DNA of 64,000 bases from Ascidiella aspersa (lineage: Eukaryota), in contig OZ004610.1 of the NCBI GenBank assembly GCA_963924565.1, forward strand, positions 9,362,001 through 9,426,000, read 5' to 3'. Below are positions 12,701 to 29,550 of this stretch, in pieces. Both the position numbers and the translations under genes were made by a program. The notes beneath the pieces are model-generated. The model worked only from the letters and a program-made list of their open reading frames with translations. It made no database searches and was not told the origin of the DNA. The number at the start of each line of letters is the position of its first letter. Within the stretch, counting starts at the first letter, position 1.

Positions 12701-13556
12701 AAACAGTTACATCCTTCGTATTGATGCAACAACTTACCTGGAAATAAATTGCTGTGCTGCCCTATGTTTTTGATTTTGAAACAAGGGAGTTTTGTTAAAA
12801 TTGTAAAAGGGGGGCGTGTCTTAAAAAGTTTAAAAAACACTGGTCTAGTAATCTAGGCAATAAATTGCTTCTTGAGTAGTAATTTTGTCCTGGAGGGATT
12901 TTGTGTTGCGCATGAATACTTTATCGTTAGTTTGTGTGTTGTTTTCACCTTGAAAAAGGTTGTGAGTGAGGAGTTGAGAATAATTTTGGGAAGGACTACT
13001 GCTCGCGAATGTGCGCACATTTTTAAATGAAAATTGTCAACTTCAACTCTTAACTCAAAATTGTACGCATGTGTTTAAAAGCGTGTAAAATGTAGGAACG
13101 TTATGATAAAAGTATGCACATTTTTAAAGGCATTTCAAAATGTGCACACATTTTATGCACATTTTGCGCACCTTGTGCAAAACAATCCCACGTCTTCTGT
13201 CGAACCTGCAGAACTTATACGACAACTGCTAAATACACAACAAAAAAGGCAATCATAGAAATCTTACCGAGATTGAGAACCCGGTTGGAGAGCGTGTGAT
13301 CCGACGCTGGTCTGGTCAGCGAAGTATACACCGGCTTGTCGTATCCGCTACGCTTCAGACGATAGCACACGTAGTCACGGCATAGTCCCGTCGTCATGGC
13401 GACCGCCCGGTCGTAGTCGCGCGACTCGAACACGGAGTCATCCTCGGACATTCCGGAGCAAGAGGAAAGGTCCTCCACTTCGTCCTCCGAGCATCCGGAT
13501 TGGCACCACGACGGAGCACGCTCGCGAAAGCGCGCCCGCATCCATTGAGCAGCCAT
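9761..13556 (-). CDS. BOK: Bcl-2-related ovarian killer (BOK)-like protein, 252 aa (exons 13556-13268, 12163-11955, 11204-11112, 9928-9761)
   Basis: BH4-like LCRDYVCYRLKRSG, BH3 region VLNLGCAFENLYPRVY, BOK-type BH1 TWGKILSLF, BH2 WVLMNGGW followed by the family's phase-0 intron, and a hydrophobic tail ALATAALTVVSMLFL. Exon lengths 289+209+93+168 = 759 nt, ending in TAG. Confidence 0.9.
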
Positions 13557-15257
13557 TTGGTTTACGTACGAAAAACTACATAAATGATCCTGTCAGCAAC
13601 TGAGATAGCTTTACAGAAAATATATTGGATATTTGACTTAGTTGGATATTTTCTTTTAAAAACCAAAACGATTGACGTTATGTTGCCTGTTTGTAACGTT
13701 TAACGAAAAAAAAAAGATTTAGATGCCCGTGTTGGCCAAGTTTAAGTATTTTTTAAAACCATACGAGATAATTATGTTTGTACAGCCGTTTAAGGTTTAC
13801 CACAAACACTCAGAAGAGGTTCGTGAGCATCGCAGTTTAGTATTAAAAAAATGTTTTATTAAACAACCAGCCAACAGGCTGAGCCTGAATAAAATTAAAT
13901 CACTGCTATAGCTATGCAAATATTACGCTCTTATCTTTTTTGCTTTCAGTCACCAAAAAATGTGGTAAACTGACACCTCACTGTTTCTTAAAATTACAAC
14001 TTAATAAACGTATTCAATATGTGTAATTAAAAAACTATCTCAGGAAAGAATTAAATAAAAAAGAACACGTAACGAGCGCTACTTTGTCGGTTTCGTCAAA
14101 CAACCGGTTAACAAGCTTGTGAGCTTAGCGAATGTTTATCATAGGAAAAGGTCTGATTATGTTGCGGTCTATTCCACCGATATCCTATCTAAACATCCGG
14201 GAACCATACAGCACTTTAGCTCCTGTACAGCTGTAACAAACTGAGCGACCAGTTATTTACGTACGATTTCTCTGTCATCGCCCGAACCGGGCTGATGCTT
14301 TTCCTTTTCTTGCATACCGGAACAGCAAGGAACTGCACGCGTTTGTACTCAGACTGTACCCGTGTACCGGTTGTGCGACTGCGTAGCAAAGAACTTAAGA
14401 CCTTGTCACACCACTAAACCGTTTCCCATATCGGCCTGCCGCCTAATTCCCTACCTTGACGTATGTGTAACCAATTGCGGGCGGGCTGACGTCTCTTTCC
14501 CGCTGATTGTTCCTTTTCCTGGAATGCGCGTTAGTTGGATGACTTGCGGTCTAATTTTACGTCTTATTAAAGTTCACCAAGTCGTAAAAAGCATTGTTGT
14601 AGCTAGCGCCGCCCTCATTTGAGTAGCTCTGACGTGCCTTTAGCCATATGGACTATGACCTTATAGGCATTGTTAAGAATTTATAATGTATTCCATATTC
14701 GACTGTTAACTTGCCTTTGCGTTGCACAATAAAAATCTAATCCCGTCTTTATATGTACACTGAACTCAGCTGACTTACACCTCAAAACGATAAAGATTTT
14801 GTCCTTGCAAGCGCAAACGATTTTATTTCGTGCGATAGATAACAGCAGATAACAAAGCAGAGACGGGCTTCAAGTCTAACAGCAGTGCCCGCCGTTGTTC
14901 GACTTGCCAGCAGGCAAGCTACAGATACAAGGAACTGTGCGTGACAGTCGAAGTCAACATTCAGAGAACAGCTTGGCGTGCCTGCACCTACACGCTGCGT
15001 GGCTGGCTGATGTGGTGCACTGTGTAAGCAAGTCGCTTCCTTTTATACTTAGTCACAGCGCGGCTCGTGCCAGCAGCTTTATCATCACGCGTTTTAATGC
15101 AACACAGCCCGAGCGTAAATGTCAGTCAGAGGCGGTGAACGTGCCCAAGCCTGTATGCAGACAAACGGTCCAAAGTCACTCTCTCGTTATCTTTCCCGTC
15201 GACTGAATCGCGGTCGGAAGCTTTCCGACGGATTATTTCCACCGATGTTGGAACATT

Positions 15258-18200
15258 TTAGGCAGCGTCGGATTTTTCACGCCGGCTTTGACACTTGGCA
15301 CCTCGACCAGGGATGCTGGCCAGACGCAGCACCTTAAGAATCCTCCGCAAGCGCGACTGGCAAAAGCGCCGGCACTTCTTGCTCCAGCGGGCCTCTTTGC
15401 GCTGGAAAGAACGCAGTCGCTCTACGGATCACAAAAACACGAAAAGGTCAGTGGCCGTGCGTGGCGTTAATTAAAGCGGCTATTTCATGGGACGCGCCAG
15501 GTACCATTTTTCCAGGAACCCCGAGGCGGTTCGAATGTTACATAAAGGCAACCGCTGATTTTATGATTGCTGAGAAGGGCTGAACACCTCCTTTTAAATC
15601 GATTAACTTAGCTAAATACCAGATGTTTTCACGAGTTATTAGGGTTTGGTTATAATTGCGTTCAGGCTTATATCACGGTTCAAATATTTGCAACACCTAA
15701 AGCTGTAGAAAACCAAAACATGCAGGCAGTTTCCGACTGACATAGCCGAAATTTAGACGGGCGCGAAAACTGAGTCATCGAAACAAAAGTCTCCGAAATT
15801 TGGCAACGCTTTTGCTGTATATACACTATACAGTGTGGCACAACAAGTGGCACATCTAAACCGCCCAGGGTCGCTACTCATTATTCGGGATGTCCGATAC
15901 TTTATAGGGTTTTATTCCGATATCGATATCTGGTATTTTAAGGAAAAATACGGCTTCCTGATTTGATAACAGTTTTTGGCATTACCATGTTTATCAAACT
16001 AATCCTGCAAGGTTGTTATGCCAAAATTACCACTACTTCCTTATTTGGAAAGGGTGCCCATGTGTTAAGAACAACAGATACAATCCGTTAGGAAACCTAC
16101 CCTAACACTGCGAATGAAGGAATAAATTGCCAAACTCGTTAAACACCCCCCGTCCTCCCTGAAAAGTTTTTGTTGTCCAATCCTAGTCAAGATTCGCCAG
16201 AAGGTCGTGTTTATGCTAGATGCAGCCGCGCAATAAACAACACGCCGTTCGCTGTGACTTACTTTCGCTGGTGTAACCGGCAAAGGTGAAGGTGCCGGCC
16301 TTTCCGTGAGTCTGCTTGAAGCGCTCGTAGACTTGCGGCCTCAGGTTTAGGATTTCTCTTCGCTTCGAATCTGAAAAACAAAATAGTTTAAAGAGTTAAA
16401 CTGCGTCGTTTTCGGTGACAGAGTCACGCACAAATTTTGAATGCATTCTCCTTTCGTCGGACACCAAGTGTCCTGTTTTGAATATTGTCGTTGGAATGTC
16501 TCGAATTCAAATATGTACGTGCCAAAGCTAACACGTATTTCGAGTGCTGGGATTTTCAACTTGTGTTTCGTGTCATATTTGGTTTGAACCTAAAGTACGT
16601 TTTTTTACTTTTCTTTTTGTCTTGTTTCCCGTGAATGGTGATTAAATCCGGTGGTGTGCCACATTTCTAGTTATTTTACACAACAATGTTGAGAACATTT
16701 TTCTTAGAGATTTTGAACGAATTTCTTGAAATACATACACTAGATTTAATCCAGAGCACAACCTGTTTGTTTGTCCCAATAACATGCGCACGCTTGAACA
16801 ATGATTTATATTGGGGCCCAATAAACTTTCTGCGTTTCGGGCATTTTTGTCACTAGTGGATTAAAAGCCACCTAACGGGAAAATTTTTTTATGACATGTT
16901 TCGCCGAAGCGTTAATGCGCTTTAACTTCCAGCTGACTGATTTAATAATTAATTAGCGTGATCGTGTAAGGTTAATGACTTATACGGGTCAGTTTGACAA
17001 CTTAGCGGTTACGCGAAAAATGTGAAAAACGTCCTATCAGGAATTCCGCTTCGGTGTAAAGGTTAAACACGTATTTGCTTTCTGGGTATTGCGCTCCACT
17101 TAGTAGGGGCAAATAATTGTAATACCGTTATTGACGTCTGCTGTCATTTGTTCTAAATTGAGTAAAATACGAAAAAAATAGGATCATAATTTGCCGCAAG
17201 TAAATCGAAGAAATATGATCGTAATATGCCAAAAGCATTATTCCAAACCGTTTAAATACCTTGGAGACTAATATTTGTCGCTAGGCAAAGGATTAGTTTA
17301 GAAGACTCTTAAAAATCTAAAATTATAGTATGTAAAGCCAAAAAAAATTGAGCGCCGAATAAAAACGGGTAAACTTACATTGTTGACAAACGCGCAGTGG
17401 CAAATAAAAAACTTTCACCATAAATCGATTCCTTAGTGCATTACGACCACCTATGATATACAGGTGCGTATGATTATGCAGTTGCTTTAGAAAGAAAATC
17501 GCGCAGGATAAATACAGGTGTGTGCCGATCATGTCTCGCCAGAATAAGCCATGGGGTCTTTACTGGGGGTAATGGCGCGTTAAAAAGTGGTGCTTACAAA
17601 TCTTTAAATCCGTTTCGTCAAGAAACATGTGATAGATCTGACACCCGATATATAAATCCCAACGCCTTAGGACAAGGGTTCTTAAACTGGGGTCCATGGA
17701 CACCTCGGGGGTCCGTATATTAGTTTTAGGGGGTCCATGAAGGCCTAATTGAAATATTAGTGTGATTTTTTCAAAGACAGCAGTTTAATTAAAAACAAAA
17801 CGGTTTTGCACTGACTGTATTTCGACTCCATTTCACTTTCACATTTTTTAGATCAAAATCAACAAATTTTTGAAGTTTATTTGTATTGTGACCTCAATTT
17901 ATGACGTCATTTTTTTATCATTTTTGTCTATCTTGTTCAACGCGACCTCAAACAAAAATTTAGGGGTCCGCGGTGAAAAGTTCAAGAACCCCTGCCTTGG
18001 TCTGTTCGTCAATGCATTTACAATTGCAAATGTTTCTATGTTTAGCAGCGGAAAATTTAACAACCCCCAAAAATATAGCCTTCACCGATGTGAATTATCT
18101 GGTAAGCGAGGTGTGATAACATTTATAAATCATTGACGTCAGTAGGTATTACGAAAAGACACAACATCATTCTTGCACGTTACCCGGAATATACACGCGC

Positions 18201-21200
18201 AAGCTAAGTTACGCACGTCAGGGTATAAAAGAGTTCAAGTATGCAGAAATAATGAGCTTGTGTTAAAGGGTAAGTTTATCGTAAGGTCGTTTAATAGCTT
18301 CTCTACTTTGCATATTGCAATGTATGTCAACTTTTTTTGTGGAATCGTTTTTCGGCTGTATTTTTAAGAGAACGCTGTTAACAAAGTACGATGCTCAATC
18401 TTAAATAGTTGGCGACCCTTTTTCACAGGCGCGTAACATTATTTATCAACAAAACTTCTTCTAAAAATGTTTCCATCTGTTATTTAATCCGCTTAAAAAT
18501 AAAGACAATTAATTAGTACAATCACTTGTAAAAAATGAATCGAATCACATTAAATTTAAAAAAATGAACGTAATTAGTAACTTTTTAGAAACGTGAATAT
18601 GAATGAAATACTTCAGAAAACGGTGCCACGAGTCATCACAAAAAGTGGTCCTTAGGGCCAAAAATCAAAACTACAAATTAAGTAATAACATAAATGGCAA
18701 ATAATTTTAATTGAAATTGTGACACATGGGTTTTAAACTATTGCGTCAGATTTAGTCAGCAATTCCCCTCCCCAATGCCGTCTCGTGGTACCAAGGGGAG
18801 CCGCGGGGCTCGGTTAAAAACTCTTGTGAAAGTACATTTTAACAACACCATATGATTTCAAAACACGGTCTGTGTGCTTCAGCCCATCAATCGGTCGTTC
18901 ATCACTGTATTATTTTAACTAAATGATCTCATTAATACACCCGTGATGTGCGCTTTCTCACCTTTGCTCAATGTCCAGTTGTAAACACGCACAGAGGTGC
19001 TCATCTCGATCGACATGACGTAGACCATGTGGCCCGTTCCATTCATTGTCCGAACAGTGTCGTTGACGTCATTCTGCATTAACCTGTTTACGCGTAAGTT
19101 CAAGCAGTTGGCCTCTCCTTTCTCTTTGGCGACCACTAGCGACGTGGCTATTGCTCGGCATTGCTGGCAACATTGGTTCGCGTCGCTCTGGCAGCTTTGG
19201 TTGGGAAACGATGCTTTGCACTTCGGAACGGTGCATTTCACTCCTTCGTCCTAAACGAAAGTAGCATTGCTTGACCGTTTTACGTTTTAATATGCTTGTT
19301 GCGAACAAGAAATGCACTTTGCACATCGTTTCAAGATTAAATCCCATTTGTGAAAATTACTTTTTTTAAGGAAAATTAAAACTAAACACGAACGAATACT
19401 GGTAAGCCACCACATTTTAAAGTGCCATGATTGCCTTGAGCATGTCCAATGTCTGTTGATAAGTAAATGGCTACCTTATGCAACCATGGAGTGATAGCTA
19501 ATTGGCATTTTTTCGCTTTTGAAAGTATACCGCTTTTACATTTTTAGTGGCTCTGCCTTTTGTATACCGATTTTCATCCTTTAAAATGTATCATATAAAT
19601 TGCCTTAATCCAACAAATCCTTATTCTCGGTATATACGTTTACAGCATAATTCGGCGATAACAAACAAACAATATTCTTAATGTGCTCTTATATCTTCCT
19701 TATCAGTTTTTTTTTTGTAAACTTAAATCCAATTTACATCATTAGTGTGCAAGTATCTTATATCTTCCTCATCTGTTTTTTTTTTGTAAACTTTAATTTG
19801 ATTTACATTCTTATTGTGCAAGTATTTTATATCTTCCTTATCAGTTTTTGTAAACTTATATTCGACTTACTTTGCACGTGCACTCTACGCAAGGCTGGTC
19901 CTTGGTCAGCGGCAGGTCCAGCTTCCAAACCTCCCCCCTGGCGTAAGTTTTGCCTTGATAAAAGCAGCTGCCGCTGCCGTGTTGGTTTGTGAGCTTGGTC
20001 GAGACGTGTTGAGCAGAATTGAAGGTCTCGGCTGCTGTTTGGATGTTGTGAAAGGGAATGGTGGCCCTTTGCGGCGCCTCATTGAAGCCTGAAATCGGCG
20101 AGTCAAGCCCCGAGGGCTCTCGACAAGCCGGACAGCAGTCCTGGTCGCTCGTTTGGCTCGCAGGGGTTCGGCAGGTTTCCGAGCAGATTTTCGTCCGACA
20201 GTAAACCTCACCCTTCTGCAGAGAAATATTTGTTTATGCGATTTTTTAAAAATGGATTCGTCTAGAATTTCCAATCCTAGTTAAAAACTTTTAATTTTCC
20301 TGAGAATGTCGCAGGCTCTCTAAATTATTGGTTTTCAAGTTCAATCTTTTCTGGCCAACCGTCTAATGACTAGAGCCTACTGTGCTCACCACCTCGTGTT
20401 ATAAAAAAAATCACTCAAATTTTGTGATTTTTACAACGCTCACAAAATGGGTTGAATTAAATTACCGCTTTTTACTATAGGGTCGATTTTATTTAGTAAA
20501 AAGAGGGTATAACTTAAGACAGACACAATAATGTTATTCTTGTACCCGAAGGCTGTTTCGCGTGCCACATAAATAGCCTTTGCGTACCATTTCTGTACGT
20601 GTACCACAGGAAAAGAACAGCAGCAAATTTATAAATCTCTTGCTGGCAAGTTTTACCTATAAATTCGGGGTTTTAACTCACCATACACACGCACTGCGAG
20701 CACTGCCGCGGGTTCAGCGGCAGCCCGATGCTCTGGATGCGATTTTCACCGGCGAAAAAATCACCGTGATTCCTGTAGATCCCGCGCACGAAGCAACCGG
20801 CGCTACTTGGCTGCTGCTGCGACGGACGGCCGTACGAAGTACGCCACTTGTTACCGGGCTTCGCGGTGAAGTCGAGTTGCTGGCCGATGCCCGGTTTTGT
20901 CGGCTGGCGAAAGCTGCCGAAACGCTTGTGGCTGTTCGTCGACGGTTGAGTTAAGTCGATTGCAGGCGCTGCTTGGGGTTGGGGCTTGGGCTGGGGTAGG
21001 GGTCGGGGCTGGGGTTGAGGCTGTGCGAAGGCGTTCGACATTTCACATGGTCCACAGTTGATGCCGCTCTGTTAGATAACAAAGTTGTTTTATGCATTGG
21101 TATGTCCAAGCTGAATGGGACACGTGGGACAAAGAACATTTTCACCCATTTGGGAGTATGTATGCCATTTAAGGTAATCAAACCATCATAATTTTAACAA

Positions 21201-22169
21201 TTAAACTTTTTGATAATGTGTGGTGAACGTATAAAAGTTGGTGCCTTTTAATCTGGCAAAGTATAGCCCCGCCCACCAAAACGCTTAAAATTCGGTATTT
21301 TATAGGTTAAACTAAACCTAGTGACGTGTATAATTTTAATTTTGGAAAATAAATGGTCCTTTTACGATTACCTTGCTCCGTGATTGATTTTCAGGCTGTT
21401 GTATTATGTGACAAAGCGCTAATATTACATCAAGTGGGCAACAACAAGTGGATTCTGTTGGGTTAAGCATGTGCAATTTTCAAGAACATAGCCAGTGCAA
21501 GTATCTACTAAGTTGGCTGAAAACATATCCGCACTAACTTTCGTATTTTGGTGCAGTTCGCCAACCAAATAAATTACACCTTCTTACCTCTTTACATGTG
21601 CACATGACGCACGCTCCTGGCCCAAAACCCTCCAAATTTGGTTTCCAAGAGTCTCCAATTCTCCTGGTAATGCCTTGGGAAACGCATGGCACTGGTCCTG
21701 CAGTTGTAAATAATAATGTCATTTTACTGATATGCTTGTTTGTTTTGGTAAAACATGTCATATGACAGCTAGACTTATGTTTGACAGATTAAGGTGTCTT
21801 TCACTTTTTTATCACTACTTATACTATTTTACTTTTGATTTTAAATTGTTTTGTTTTTTATCAGCGCAATTTAGATATATACATATTTAGTTAATCTTAA
21901 GTAATTCATACTGAACACTATATCTTTGAAATATAATGGTTGGAGGTTGCAGTAAGACGTAGTAAGAATATCAGTAGGTTAGATACCTGCTTCTGTATAC
22001 GTTTTCATATTCTTACTACGTAAAACTACATCTGTTTTCTAGGCTTTTTTGGTTATTTGATTTTTCGTATAAATGTTCAAAATATCCTACCTGCAGCAGG
22101 AAAGCCTTGCACACTGCAAACAAGCACGAAAGCACAGAAAGCGTGCACCGCAACATATCTCATATCCAT
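15258..22169 (-). CDS. CHRDL: Chordin-like protein (CHRDL1/CHRDL2 homolog), 493 aa (exons 22169-22091, 21697-21588, 21068-20682, 20215-19871, 19250-18962, 16370-16263, 15421-15258)
   Basis: Signal peptide MDMRYVAVHAFCAFVLVCSVQG. VWC1 (partial) IGDSWKPNLEGFGPGACVMCTCK. VWC2 CFVRGIYRNHGDFF..QCSQCVCMKGEVYCRTKIC..CCPAC. VWC3 CFYQGKTYARGEVW..CVECTCKDEGVKC..CCQQC. The C-terminal region VRVYNWTLSK..KKCRRFCQSRLRRILKVLRL resembles the CHRDL-specific tail (recalled human CHRDL1 [32 protein letters not shown]). Phases 1,0,0,0,1,1; 1482 nt ending in TAA. Confidence 0.88.
17673..17994. mobile_element. hAT MITE in a chordin-like intron
   Basis: TIRs CAAGGGTTCTTAAACT / AGTTCAAGAACCCCTG; internal GGGGTCC motifs; degenerate TSD. 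Confidence 0.7.
19687..19860. repeat. 69-bp tandem repeat (about 2.5 units) in a chordin-like intron
   Basis: T(C/T)TTATATCTTCCT..TTTTGTAAACTT units start at 19687, 19756 and 19825. Confidence 0.85.
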
Positions 22170-22267
22170 AACTTTCAAATTGAAGCTCGCTAAATAAAAA
22201 TAAACAACGCACTCTGACTGCAAACGGTTCAATACAGCGATTAGCTGTCAAAACATGACTAACTTAC

Positions 22268-22600
22268 TCGTAAGCCGCAAAGAGAAAAAGTGCGACGGGC
22301 GAGCGAGCGCTTGCAAGTGGTACACGGATTTTCGAACCCGCCCCATTGTGCTACGCCCGTTATCACAATGCTGGGGTAATTGGGAGGCCGGGTTCGAACG
22401 CGAAGATTAAGAACCTTCCATAATCGGCAGCCGGACAAAGGCGACGTTGCCGGCACGTCCGGCGCCGCAAGGGCGCTCGCAAAACAAAGGAGCGGCACAC
22501 GGCGCCCGCCAAGCGTCGGCACCGGCCGTTGCAAGTTGAAACTGAGTTCGCGCAGGGCACTTGGTTGAATACTCTCGGCGTTGTAATTGCGAACAACCAA
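22268..22600 (-). other. Probable non-coding first exon (5' UTR) of the chordin-like gene; upstream boundary approximate
   Basis: GC-rich block ending at donor GTAAGT (22267). A 78-nt intron leads to acceptor TTTATTTAG (22190), 20 nt before the ATG. Confidence 0.55.
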
Positions 22601-23401
22601 GACGGGAGCGTTGTGTTGCTTTCGATTTTTACAACTTATACCCGCCGTTCTTTGGCGAAAGCTGAGTTATTTTTTCCGGTATCACAAAATAGTAATACTA
22701 TAGCTATACTATACTTCTACTTACCCACCACCACAATTAAAACGGTTAAAAGTTTACATACTGCCGGGCGCAGGGCCAAGCCAGGCCCTACCGTTGAGCG
22801 CTTGCTTCCTAGTGGAGACAGGTTGTCAGAGGATAGGCCTGATCTATTGAAGTCATTTCCGATCACCTTTTCGGTCAATGGAAAGAAACCAGCAGCCACA
22901 TATTTATTTGTTCCCCCCCACCTCCCTTACTTTCTTTTCCATCCTTTTATAAAAAAAGTTGACAATAAAAGTCACCCACTGTAATAAGATATTTGAAATT
23001 TTGTAATTCCTTGCTGGTGCTTTATGGGCTACAGTAAAATATTCTTGAAACATTGAATAAAGCATTTTAAGGTATTCTGGTCACTATTAAAATACGTGCC
23101 CTATTAGTTTAGCACTTACAAAACTTTTTTAGTTTCCACTAGGGAATACTTGCTTTTTTATAAGTCACTTAAATAGATCTTTATTGGATAAAACTATCGT
23201 AAAATGTAGATACTTTGTGTAACTTGTTTTTTACTCGTGTGTGTTCACGTTGCCCCAACGTGACTCTACCGGTTTACGAACGTGTTCTACACAAAGAAAC
23301 TACCACACCAGCACAACAAAACACACCCTCACGAAAGTCATAAAATGTTCGATAAGCAGTTCAAAACTCTACCCATTTTTAATCTTTTTTTATATTGACG
23401 C

Positions 23402-23857
23402 CAGTGTTGTAATGACTTAAGCTATTAACTTGACTTAGGTGCACTTAAGTCACTGCGTTGCAATGACTTGACTTGAATTAAGTGTATTGACCAAAATGAC
23501 TTGACTTTAATTAAGTCTTTAGGACCAATGACTTTACTTGGACTTAAGTCATTTTGTCAAAAATCTTAGGATTACATTAGGTGTTTTTCATTAAAATTTA
23601 AATCGAGTTTTGCACGTTAAACATTTTAATTGCTTTATATTGCGTTGGTGTTATTTTTTAGTTGAATTTTTGGTCTAAATGAACGAGGTTACCAGTTTTA
23701 TTAGTTTAGCAGTTTAGTTAAATGTGAATGACATGACTTGAAATTGACTTGCTCTCATCATGACTTGACTGATAGGCAACCGATGACATGGACTGGGACT
23801 TGACTCGGTATTTTTTTTGGACTTAAGTCATTTTGAAATGACTTGTTTGCAACACTG
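23402..23857. mobile_element. GACTT-repeat MITE downstream of alpha-tubulin
   Basis: TIRs CAGTGTTGTAA / TTGCAACACTG; TSD ATTGACGC / ATTGAGGT; internal TGACTT/AAGTCA arrays. Confidence 0.8.
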
Positions 23858-24020
23858 ATTGAGGTGTATTCCAAAGTTGGTATTAAGCACCGTGCTCTCT
23901 TTGTATTTCAGTCATTTGCAACAATACACCACACAAAAGCAATATAGGAACGCATGCGTCGAGTCACCAGGCAACGCAAAATTATAACACAGAAAGTTCC
24001 ATTAACGATAAATGGAAAAG

Positions 24021-29389
<5,369 letters not shown>

Positions 29390-29540
29390 GATTGTTGCGG
29401 ATTCGAGAAATTCGGAATGACGTCTGACAGAATTTGTCTAAAACAGCGGCGAACACGTAAAAGAGTCAAAAGTGAGTCGTTGCAGCACCTTTACGTGGCC
29501 TGTAACAAACTTGAATGACTCAGGCAGCGGATGTGGGCGT

Positions 29541-29550
29541 CTTATATAGG
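29541..29550 (-). promoter_or_regulatory. TATA box of alpha-tubulin
   Basis: CCTATATAAG on the minus strand in a GC-rich context, about 155 nt upstream of the ATG. Confidence 0.6.

Noticed and set aside
18915-18961. Chordin-like gene ending at the ORF-track stop 18915
   Set aside because: The donor AAG|GTGAGA at 18961 and two in-phase downstream exons completing the CHRDL tail fit better.
22340-22410. GGTTCGAA B-box suggesting a tRNA or SINE (also at 15528)
   Set aside because: No A box at suitable spacing and no cloverleaf.
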